From Macrostomum lignano (taxonomy: Eukaryota): a stretch of DNA of 64,000 nt. The stretch spans positions 62,001 through 126,000 of the forward strand of contig NIVC01002837.1 in NCBI GenBank assembly GCA_002269645.1, read 5' to 3'. Both the position numbers and the translations under genes were made by a program. Of the stretch, positions 47,428 to 58,841 are shown piece after piece. Numbering within the stretch: position 1 is the stretch's first letter; every line of letters starts with the position of its first letter. A model generated the notes under the pieces. It did not search any database and was not told where the DNA came from. It saw only the letters and a list, made by a program, of their open reading frames with translations.

Positions 47428-49410
47428 CTGTCAAATTGTCACTGTTCAGTCACATTGTCACTGGCACAGTCAAATTGTCACTGACACAGTCAAACTGACA
47501 CTATAACAATCAAATTGTCACTGACACAGTCAAACTGACACTATAACAGTCAAATTGTCACTGGCACAGTCAAATTGTCACTGGCACAGTCAAATTGTCA
47601 CTGACACAGTCAAACTGACACTATAACAATCAAATTGTCACTGGCACAGTCAAATTGTCACTGAAGCAGTCAAATTGTCACTGAAGCAGTCAAATTGTCA
47701 CTGACACAGTCAAATTGTCACTAGAGCAGTCAAATTGTCACTGACACAGTCAAATTGTCACTGAAGCAGTCAAATTGTCACTGGCAACACTGGCACAGTC
47801 AAATTGTCACTGGCAACACTGGCACAGTCATTTTCACTGCCACAGTCAAATTGTCACTTAAGCAGTCAAATTGTCACTAGAGCAGTCAAACTGTCACAGA
47901 CACAGTCAAATTGTCCCTGGCACAGTCAAATTGTCACAGACACAGTCAAACTGTCACTGGCACAGTCAAATTGTCACTGGCACAGTCAAATTGTCACTGA
48001 CACAATCAAACTGACACTAGAACAATCAAATTGTCACTGGCACAGTCAAATTGTCACTTAAGCAGTCAAATTGTCACTAGAGCAGTCAAATTGTCACAGA
48101 CACAGTCAAATTGTCCCTGGCACAGTCAAATTGTCACAGACACAGTCAAATTGTCCCTGGCACAGTCAAATTGTCACTTAAGCAGTCAAATTGTCACTTA
48201 AGCAGTCAAATTGTCACTAGAGCAGTCAAATTGTCACAGACACAGTCAAATTGTCCCTGGCACAGTCAAATTGTCACAGACACAGTCAAATTGTCCCTGG
48301 CACAGTCAAATTGTCACAGACAAAGTCAAATTGTGACTGGCACAGTCAAATTGTCACTGGAGCAGTCAAATTTTCCCTGGCACAGTCAAATTGTCACTGG
48401 CACAGTCAAATTGTCCCTGGCACAGTCAAATTGTCCCTGGCACAGTCAAATTGTCACTGGCACAGTCAAATTGTCACTGGCACAGTTAAATTGTCACTGA
48501 CACAGTCAAACTGACACTAGAACAATCAAATTGTCACTGGCACAGTGAAATTGTCACTGATACAGTCAAATTGTCACTGACAAAGTCAAATTGTCACTGA
48601 CACAGTTAAATTGTCACTGGAACAGTCAAATTGTCACTGAAGCAGTCAACTTGTCACTGGCAACACTGGCACAGTCAAATTGTCACTGCCACAGTCAAAT
48701 TGTCACTGGCACAGTCAAATTGTCACTGGCACAGTCAAATTGTCACTGACACAGTCAAATTGTCACTAACATAGTCAAATTGTCACTGGCACAGTCAAAT
48801 TGTCACTGGCACAGTCAAATTGTCACTGGCACAGTCAAATTGTCACTGGCACAGTCAAATTGTCACTGGCACAGTCAAATTGTCACTGACACAGTCAAAT
48901 TGTCACTGGCACAGTCAAATTGTCACTGTTCAGTCACATTGTCACTGGCACAGTCAAATTGTCACTGACACAGTCAAACTGACACTAGAACAATCAAATT
49001 GTCACTGGCACAGTGAAATTGTCACTGATACAGTCAAATTGTCACTGACAAAGTCAAATTGTCACTGACACAGTTAAATTGTCACTGGAACAGTCAAATT
49101 GTCACTGAAGCAGTCAACTTGTCACTGGCAACACTGGCACAGTCAAATTGTCACTGCCACAGTCAAACTGTCACTTGGCAACACTGGCACAGTCAAATTG
49201 TCACTGCCACAGTCAAATTGTCACTTCTACAGTCAAATTGTCACTGGCACAGTCAAATTGTCACTGGCACAGTCAAATTGTCACTGGCACAGTCAAATTG
49301 TCACTGACACAGTCAAATTGTCACTAACATGGTCAAATTGTCACTGGCACAGTCAAATTGTCACTGGCACAGTCAAATTGTCACTGGCACAGTCAAATTG
49401 TCACAGGCAG
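47428..49410. repeat. 20-bp minisatellite CAGTCAAATTGTCACTGGCA, ~100 units
   Basis: Period 20; starts ~20 bp after the CPED1-like stop codon. Confidence 0.97.
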
Positions 49411-49896
49411 TCAATATAATTTGCGAACCCCCATTATTTTCTTGAATGCTCTTTAAAAAGAAAAATTGCAATTTTCAGTAATACTTATCTGCAGTGTCAA
49501 TATTTAGCGTTGAGAAGCAATTGACAGACAATTGACAGATTGGTAATCCCAGCTCGAGTAGGGACACAGCGCATTTCAACAATTATACTTAATTTTTGTT
49601 TTACTGAATAAAAATTCCTCTAAAATTCTGGAGACTCGTGAGAAGTGACCAGAATCCAATTCGCTAATGCATGACTTGAATGCGATGATTTCTGGGTCTT
49701 GTTCGACTCTATTGTGAGTGAGAGGCCTCTTATGAGAATTGAATAGAGAGGCCTCCAATGCTTTTGCAAGTGTATTTTCTACTGAGTAAAACTTGCCTTT
49801 AAAAATGGCTGTGACAGGCCAATATTGCTTTTCATTTTTTCATTTTTTTCTATCCGAATAAACATGGGTACCTCAGGCCTTTTGGGCTAAAAATTT

Positions 49897-50888
49897 GATC
49901 AGGGGGCGCCAAGTTGATCAGGGGGCGCCAAGTTGATCACAGAAGCGCCAAGTTGATCAGAGAGGCGCCAAGTTGATCAGAGAGGCGCCAAGTTGATCAG
50001 AGAGGCGCCAAGTTGATCAGAGAGGCGCCAAGTTGATCAGAGAGGCGCCAAGTTGATCAGAGAGGCGCCAAGTTGATCAGAGAGGCGCCAAGTTGATCAG
50101 AGAGGCGCCAAGTTGATCAGGGGCGTCAAATTGATCAGGGGAGCGCGAAGTTAATCAGGGAGGGCGCCAAGTTGATCAGGGAGGGCGCCAAGTTGATCAG
50201 GGGGCGCCAAGTTGATCACAGAAGCGCCAAGTTGATCAGGGGACGCCAAGTTGATCAGGGGGCGCCAAGTTGATCAGGGGAGCGCGAAGTTGATCAGGGG
50301 CGTCAAGTTGATCAGGGGAGCGCGAAGTTAATCAGAGGGCGCCAAGTTGATCAGGGGGCGCCAAGTTGATCAGGGGGCGCCAAGTTGATCAGGGGGCGCC
50401 AAGTTGATCACAGAAGCGCCAAGTTGATCAGAGAGGCGCCAAGTTGATCAGGGAGTGCGCTAAGTTGATCAGAGAGGCGCTAAGTTGATCAGGGGAGCGC
50501 GAAGTTGATCAGGGGCGTCAAATTGATCAGGGGAGCGCGAAGTTAATCAGAGGGCGCCAAGTTGATCAGGGGGCGCCAAGTTGATCAGGGGGCGCCAAGT
50601 TGATCACAGAAGCGCCAAGTTGATCAGGGAGGGCGCCAAGTTGATCAGGGAGGGCGCCAAGTTGATCAGGGAGGGCGCCAAGTTGATCAGAGAGGCGCTA
50701 AGTTGATCAGGAAGGGCGCCAAGTTGATCAGGGAGGGCGCCAAGTTGATCAGGGGGCGCCAAGTTGATCAGGAAGGGCGCCAAGTTGATCAGGGAGGGCG
50801 CCAAGTTGATCAGGGAGGGCGCCAAGTTGATCAGGGGGCGCCAAGTTGATCAGGAAGGGCGCCAAGTTGATCAGGGAGGGCGCCAAGT
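49897..50888. repeat. ~20-bp minisatellite AGAGGCGCCAAGTTGATCAG
   Basis: Period 19-21. Confidence 0.95.
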
Positions 50889-53097
50889 TGGGGAAGAAGG
50901 GCCCGAATAATGTCAGGCCGTCTCCCAAGAAAAGATGGCGAGTTTTATCAATCCAATCGAGCAGCCCTTCTCTGCAATGACTCTGCAATGAATATTCAGC
51001 AATAGGCGATATTGCAGCACTTGTCAAGCACTGTGACGAGATTACGCCAGTAAGCATTTCGTTCGAGTTGCAACCAGAGAGCTTCCAATTTCGATTTTGC
51101 CACCACTGGGTCGATCAGGGGAACAAGAGGATGAGAGAAGTAACCAGAGATATGACCGAGAGTGAAGACTTCAATGCAAGGGATACGCTGGGGCAGCTCT
51201 CGTGTTTGCTTTAAGTCGCCTTGCAGGCCATCAATATTGAGGCCTTGGGCGGGGGAGAAGGCTTTAATGGTGTCAGCGTTTGTGGGACAGGAAATACTTC
51301 GCCTCAAGCCTGTCTGTCGCGGCAAAGTAGGGATGGCTTAAACGATTTATGATGCAGCACTTGAACCGATGCGGGATCAGTTTCGATTCTGGGAAAGCTG
51401 GGAAACTTCGTCTCCCCCCCTAGAAGAATATCCCTTGCAGTGTCTCCTCAGTTGACTTGTGCCCCTGTCAAGCGACTGGTTCGCCAAGAATGAATAAGGA
51501 GCTTTAGAGTTCCCCTTCTAGTATGAGGCGTTGTCAGTCAGTAAACGAAATAAAGTCCAACAGGGTTTTATTGCGAGTCGAAAAAAAATCAGCCGACAGC
51601 TCCTGAGTCCCTCATCGCATTCGCCGCTGCCCTCGCGCTTTCAATTTCTCTGATCGGGCTTGAGCCGATCGACAGGTCACCGCTGGGCCCCGGAGAGCCC
51701 GGCTGAAATGCCGGACAAATTGGGGGGTCGGTGAGCAGGAAGAAGCCAGAGTGGTGATGAGGCGGCTGAGCTCTGGGAAGAGAGAATAGGGGATACAAGT
51801 AAGGCGGAGCGAGCGGCAAATGGAGGAGGCATGAAATGATGAGGAAAGCGAGTCCAGTTGCCGGTCAGAATTGGATAGAAGCGTGGGGGGCTCGTGCGGC
51901 TGGCGTCGGCAGGGGAAATTCTGGGTCGGGAGGTCTCAGCAGGGGGCGGGAAGGCGCTCGCAGGTCGCTAGGGGGGGGGGGGGGGGTAGCGAGAGCAGCG
52001 CGGCGGGAGGCCACCACCACTTTAATTTCATCCTATTGTGGCCAATTTAATTAATTTTCCCCGGGCACTTCTCCCTTGGCTACACATGCCCGACTTGGTC
52101 CTCGCGAGATGTCTGGGTTAAACTCCTCTCATCCGCCAAGACTTGGGCCGACATTAGAGAGCCTAGAGATCTCTCACGAACTGTCCCTTGGCCCTCCGCT
52201 CGGGAAGCAGACTGTCTGACGCCGCTGGCGCATCCTGAGAATTCGGCTGCACTGAGCAGTTTCCAAGCTGGATGCTCAGGGGTCACCAGTTGCTCCCCAA
52301 GCTGTGCTGTCTGTCGTAGCTGGTTAAGTAGAGTGGCCCCGCCAACTCGTGTCCCATGAGAACTGGGCCGCTCTCTCTCTGGCTGATTGAATGAAAGATT
52401 TAGCCGAAGTGTTTGAGCAAAATAAAGTTTTTGAAACTAAAGGCCGGATGAATAAAGTGAGCAATTGCTCACGAGTAACTGTTCCTGCTCTGAGTCAAAC
52501 CATAACTTCTAGCAGATAGCCATTGTACGAGCGTAGATCCGAAATACAATGTCCAAACCCATTTTGAGAAAAAACTGTAGGTGAGCAAGAGTACCTACAA
52601 GACCCCAATAAGTTTTGCTCAGGTCTACATGTACACTGCACAAATCCTGGTTTCTAATTTAATTTTCATCCAGCATTGTTAGGATCTCGGGACGCATTGT
52701 CGTTGAACACGGACCTGGCCTTGCTAAATAATGCAGACGAGTACGCAGGTCTGGATGTCGGCAGTCTAATAAATTATCAGGCGGTTCCCAAGACTGCGCT
52801 GCGCTATGCAAGCAGGCTGGGGTGCACCTCCTTCACAGCCATGATGGCCAAACCGTTTCGGTAATGTATTTCAAGTAGAATTGAAGATCTTACAGTCGGC
52901 AGTACTTAGGCCCGTTCTGGCAGACACTGGCTTCGTTTCGTCTCTTACTGCCCATCACTTTGCGATTTTCAGTCACGCAAGCAGATATAAACACACAGAC
53001 CCTCTGCTTCACTTGTCATTTGTTATTGACCTGAGACAGGTATGCTGTAAAAAGCTTCTTTTTCTGACAATAATCCTTCTGTGACGGTAGTCTATGC

Positions 53098-53612
53098 GCA
53101 GTCGTGGATTGACCATAGACAGCACTGGTGTTGTGTCTGTGCGGAGCTGTGGATTGACCATAGACAGCACTGGTGTTGTGTCTGTGCGGAGCTGTGGATT
53201 GACCATAGACAGCACTGGTGTTGTGTCTGTGCGGAGCTGTGGATGGACCATAGACAGCACTGGTGTTGTGTCTGTGCGGAGCTGTGGATTGACCATAGAC
53301 AGCACTGGTTGTGTCTGTGCGGAGCTGTGGATGGACCATAGACAGCACTGGTTGTGTCTGTGCGGAGCTGTGGATGGACCATAGACAGCACTGGTTGTGT
53401 CTGTGCGGAGCTGTGGATTGACCATAGACAGCACTGGTTGTGTCTGTGCGGAGCTGTGGATGGACCATAGACAGCACTGGTTGTGTCTGTGCGGAGCTGT
53501 GGATGGACCATAGACAGCACTGGTTGTGTCTGTGCGGAGTTGTGGATGGACCATAGACAGCACTGGTTGTGTCTGTGCGGAGCTGTGGATGGACCATAGA
53601 CAGCACTGGTTG
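53098..53612. repeat. 43/45-bp minisatellite GCGGAGCTGTGGATGGACCATAGACAGCACTGGTTGTGTCTGT
   Basis: 45-bp units on the left, 43-bp units on the right. Confidence 0.95.
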
Positions 53613-53943
53613 TGGTTATAGTTCAGCAATTTTCTATAAATTCACTAAAAAGCTTATTAAATTCGCAAAAGTACAAAGACAACACAACCCTCATCAATTT
53701 TTTCGTGTTTTTTCCAACACCCCCTCCCTGTCCTCAAACTTCATCCTTAATAAACTACCTTATGCGATTCGAATTGTATTCTGCTGGGCCAAGGGATATG
53801 GAACCTCGGATGCGGAGATGCCGACAGGATAATTAATTAGTCCATTTCGGACTGGGCAGGTGCAAAACGGTGGAGCAGGTGCAAAACGGTGATAATCATA
53901 ATTAGGAAAATATTCAAGTCCCACTGCTTCTCGTTTCTTTCCT

Positions 53944-53944
<1 letters not shown>

Positions 53945-54008
<64 letters not shown>
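53945..54008. repeat. (CT)n microsatellite
   Basis: About 32 units. Confidence 0.95.
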
Positions 54009-54015
<7 letters not shown>

Positions 54016-54286
54016 TCACTCATCAATAATCCCCAAGGCGAGCCGTTTTTTGAGTTCGAATGTAAGCGGAGAGCGCGTGCAGGAGAAAGAACTCAAGATG
54101 GGAACAAAGGAGCGATGGGATGTTTTGAGTGACGCAGCCTTTGGGGGATTTGAGATTCGCGTGTAACAAATATCTGTCTTGGCAAAGGAAGGCCTGAGTT
54201 GGGAAAGCGGAATTGAGAAGGCCGGAGGCGGATCAATGAGATTCTCTTTGATGATGTTGGACTCAAGGGAGGCTGGGCTCACTCAC

Positions 54287-54423
54287 CGTCGACTCAGTAT
54301 TTTATTCCTCATAAAAAGCGAGAGGATGGGGATCAGTTCAGATGGGAACCGGGATTGGGATGCGGTGTGGCGTACCGACAATGCCCGGCATCGGTGATCA
54401 AACAAAGGAGTGTAGAATTTGTA
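54287..54423 (-). CDS. Probable next exon of the same unidentified gene
   Basis: GTTTTTCAG acceptor, GTGAGT donor; only the phase-0 frame is open (YKFYTPLFDHRCRALSVR...). Confidence 0.5.
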
Positions 54424-54545
54424 CTGAAAAACATCAGCCAGGAGAGCTGGGATGAAGAGAGAGACAAATGGGAGGGTTAATTGCAGGTAAATACGCATCA
54501 TTTTAAGTAGCGTTGAGGGCGTTTATTGTCAGGTATAGATCGCTA

Positions 54546-55150
54546 TAGTGTGTTTATAAGGCGCTCTAGTGTGTTTATAAGGCGCTCTAGTGTGTTTATA
54601 AGGCGCTCTAGTGTGTCTATATTGCACTCTAGTGTGTCTATATTGCACTCTAGTGTGTTTATAAGGCGCTCTAGTGTGTCTATATTGCACTCTAGTGTGT
54701 CGATATTGCGCTCTAGTGTGTCTATATTGCACTCTAGTGTGTCTATATTGCGCTCTAGTGTGTCTATATTGCACTCTAGTGTGTCTATATTGCGCTCTAG
54801 TGTGTCTATATTGCACTCTAGTGTGTCTATATTGCACTCTAGTGTGTCTATATTGCACTCTAGTGTGTCTATATTGCACTCTAGTGTGTCTATATTGCAC
54901 TCTAGTGTGTCTATATTGCGCTCTAGTGTGTCTATATTGCACTCTAGTGTGTCTATATTGCACTCTAGTGTGTCTATATTGCACTCTAGTGTGTCTATAT
55001 TGCACTCTAGTGTGTCTATATTGCACTCTAGTGTGTCTATATTGCACTCAAGTGTGTCTATATTGCGCTCTAGTGTGTCTATATTGCACTCTAGTGTGTC
55101 TATATTGCACTCTAGTGTGTCTATATTGCACTCTAGTGTGTCTATATTGC
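54546..55150. repeat. 21-bp minisatellite CTAGTGTGTCTATATTGCACT
   Basis: Period 21. Confidence 0.95.
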
Positions 55151-55234
55151 GCCTAAGGCCAAACGTGTCTTTGTGGCAAATGTTTTTTGACATTAAATGA
55201 GTCTTCGTGGTGCCGAGTGTGTCTTTCTGAAACC

Positions 55235-56125
55235 AAATGTGTCTATTTCACACCGAATGTGTCCATTTAGCACCGAATGTGTCCATTTAGCACCGAATGT
55301 GTCTATTTGGCACCGAATGTGTCTATTTGGCACCGAATGTGTCTATTTAGCACCGAATGTGTCTATTTGACACCGAATGTGTCTATTTGGCACCGAATGT
55401 GTCTATTAGGCACCGAATGTGTCTATTTAGCACCGAATGTGTCTATTTGGCACCGAATGTGTCTATTTGGCACCGAATGTGTCTATTTGGCACCGAATGT
55501 GTCTATTTAGCACCGAATGTGTCTATTTAGCATCGAATGTGTCTATTTGGCACCGAATGTGTCTATTTGGCACCGAATGTGTCTATTTAGCACCGAATGT
55601 GTCTATTTGACACCGAATGTGTCTATTTGGCACCGAATGTGTCTATTTAGCACCGAATGTGTCTATTTGGCACCGAATGTGTCTATTTAGCACCGAATGT
55701 GTCTGTTTGGCACTGAATGTGTCTATTTGGCACCGAATGTGTCCATTTAGCATCGAATGTGTCTATTTAGCATCGAATGTGTCTATTTGGCACCGAATGT
55801 GTCTATTTAGCACCGAATGTGTCTGTTTGGCACTGAATGTGTCTGTTTGGCACTGAATATGTCTATTTAGCATCGAATGTGTCTATTTGGCACCGAATGT
55901 GTCTATTTGGCACCGAATGTGTCTATTTAGCACCGAATGTGTCTATTTAGCACCGAATGTGTCTATTTAGCACCGAATGTGTCTGTTTGGCACTGAATAT
56001 GTCTATTTGGCACCGAATGTGTCTATTTGGCACTGAATATGTCTATTTGGCACCGAATGTGTCTATTATTTCACACCGAATGTGTCTATTTGGCACCGAA
56101 TGTGTCTGTTTGGCACTGAATGTGT
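55235..56125. repeat. 20-bp minisatellite CACCGAATGTGTCTATTTGG
   Basis: Period 20. Confidence 0.95.
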
Positions 56126-56534
56126 CTCTACAGCACCCTATAAAATGTCTTAATACCACTAAAATGTGTCTGCACGAGCGGATACGGCGCCCAAAATGTG
56201 ATGACTCTCCAGCATCAGCTACCAGCAGCGCTCAGCATGGACTCTCGGTCCTGGCAAAAGGATTAAAACGTAGGGGATCGATCCGTGTTGGGGGTCGATT
56301 TCCAATTAGGCCAAGTCCCAGAGATAAAAGAAATACATTTTGGAGCCTTCTTTGAGCAAAGAGTAATCAATTTTTGGGGAAGATCAACTGACTGGATTAG
56401 AATTGAGGATTAGTGAAGCTGAGGCTCCGGGCGGCACATCATTCGATAGGCTGATGCTGATGGAGACTTTTGATGGAGAGCGTAGTTGCAATTTTCATCC
56501 GAATTTGCGTAATTGCCATGTATACCCATTGCCA

Positions 56535-56810
56535 TGCATGAGACTGCGCCCATAGAGCATGAGACTGCGCCCATAGAGCATGAGACTGCGCCCATAGAGC
56601 ATGAGACTGCGCCGATAGAGCATGAGACTGCGCCCATAGAGTATGAGACTGTATCCATAGAGTATGAGACTGTACCCATAGAGTATGAGACTGTACCCAT
56701 AGATCAGTATGAGACTGCACCCATAGAGTATGAGACTGTACCCATAGAGTATGAGGCTGTAACCATAGAGTATGAGGCTGCACCCATAGAGTATGAGACT
56801 GCACCCATAG
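56535..56810. repeat. 21-bp minisatellite CATAGAGTATGAGACTGCGCC
   Basis: Period 21. Confidence 0.9.
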
Positions 56811-57270
56811 AACAACAAGAGATTAAATCCAAGAGAGAATACCTAAGAGATGATACCCAATAGATAATACCTAAGGGACAGTACCCAAGAGACGATACAC
56901 AAGAGAGAATACCCAAGAAATAATTCTCAATTAAGAGACTGTTACCCATCAAAAGCTTTCTTCAAGGAAATGAACTAAAAAGATACCTTAGAGGTGCTGG
57001 ATCAGACACTGTAGCCTTCAAAAAAGTTACCCACCAGAAAATACCCATCGATGGTACTCCCAATGGAAGGTACACGCATAAGATGAAAGACTCGAACAAC
57101 AAGTACAGAATTTATATTAAAATTTCTTCAATAGTCGCATGTGTTTCTTTATTAATAGCAATTACAATAATTATCGAAACGTCACACTGCACCCCTCAGC
57201 TGATATCACATGTTCTCCATCAAAGTCAGTTCAGAAATGAGCAGCTGGATGAGGAGATCGGCTTCATCAC

Positions 57271-57678
57271 CCTCCGCATCGGGTAGGGCTTGCCATACCG
57301 GGTCTCCCTGGGCTGCGGCATCTGCCCGGAGTGCCTGCGGCGCCACTGCTCCGACGCCATCTTGAGCAGCCGGGCGCGTTCAACCGGGTCCAGTGAGGAC
57401 ACCTTCTTCTGCGCCTCGATTACGTACTCGGCGTCGGAGATCATCGAGCTGAGGTCCGAGCCGGCGGCTGAGTCAGCGCCGCTCTTCGGGCGCCGGTGTT
57501 CCGGCAGCTGGCTGAGCAGCAGGTCGTATAGCTGCAGCATCTCCCGCTTGCTGCTGATGAAGCTGTAGCTGGCGGGCAGGCAGCAGGGGAACCTGCCGCA
57601 GGGGGAGCCGTCGGAGCCAGCAAACTGGCAGCTGGGAGCCGGCTGCGGCTGCTGCTTCTGCTGTTGCTGTTGCTGCTT
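57271..57678 (-). CDS. Exon of an unidentified gene
   Basis: CTCTCCTTCCAG acceptor, GTGATG donor; 136 GC3-rich codons (KQQQ...CGRFPCCLP...AEYVIEAQKKVSSLDPVERARLL...GKPYPMRR); phase 0 to 0. Confidence 0.7.
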
Positions 57679-57711
57679 CTGGAAGGAGAGGAGCATGGCC
57701 AGTTAAAGACA

Positions 57712-58396
57712 CTGTGGCGCCCGATTTTAGAGAGTGGCGCCAAAGTTTAGACACTTGCGCCTAATTTGCGACAGTGGCGCCCGATTTTAGACAGTGGCGC
57801 CCAATTTTAGACTCTGGAACCCAATTTTAGACTCTGTGGCGCCCAATTTTAGACTCTGGCGCCCAATTTTAGACTCTGGCACCCAATTTTAGACTCAGTG
57901 GCGCCCAATTTTAGACTCTGTGGCGCCCAATTTTAGACTCTGTGGCGCCCAATTTTAGACTCTGTGGCGCCCAATTTTAGACTCTGTGGCGCCCAACTTT
58001 AGACTCTGTGGCGCCCAACTTTAGACTCTGGAACCCAATTTTAGACTCTGTGGCGCCCAATTTTAGACTCTGGCGCCCAATTTTAGACTCTGGCGCCCAA
58101 TTTTAGACTCTGGAACCCAATTTTAGACTCTGGCGCCCAATTTTAGACTATGGCGCCCAATTTTAGACTCTGGAACCCAATTTTAGACTCTGGCGCCCAA
58201 TTCTAGACTCTGGAACCCAATTTTAGACTCTGTGGCGCCCAATTTTAGACTCTGTGGCGCCCAATTTTAGACTCTGGCGCCCAATTTTAGACTCTGGCGC
58301 CCAATTTTAGACTCTGGCGCCCAATTTTAGACTCTGTGGCGCCCAATTTTAGACTCTGGGGCGCCCAATTTTAGACTCTGTGGCGCCCAATTTTAG
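57712..58396. repeat. 20/22-bp minisatellite TGGCGCCCAATTTTAGACTC(TG)
   Basis: Period 20-22. Confidence 0.95.
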
Positions 58397-58841
58397 GCTA
58401 TCAAATTATGATTTGTTTTTCATGCAAATTTTATGACCTTTGCTGCCAGGACGAGCTCAAACTCTCGGGGCTCCTCTTGGAGTTTTTTCCCATCGAAACC
58501 AAAATAGCCAATTGGATTTTTCCCAATAACAGTTTGTCAAGCAGCCACTGCCGTCAGAGCCCTGGGACCACTTGATCCCAGCGAGGGTTGCAGTGGAGGT
58601 TTTGATTACGTAATACTGGCTGCATTTTTATGAGCCATGAATTCATTCACATCTGAGACTTTGGCGAGTGGATCTCTAGCAAATCTAAAAATAATTTCTT
58701 ATATATCTAACAACGGTGTCTAACAGATCTAACAACTGTGTCTAACAGATCGAACAACGTTGTCTAACAGATCGAACAACGTTGTCTAACAGATCTAACA
58801 ACTGTGTCTAACAGATCTAACAACTGTGTCTAACAGATCTA

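Noticed and set aside
52655-52830. SWEPPDNLLDC on the minus strand as a chromodomain
   Set aside because: The upstream Y.VKW.G motif is absent and the acceptor is poor; probably coincidence.
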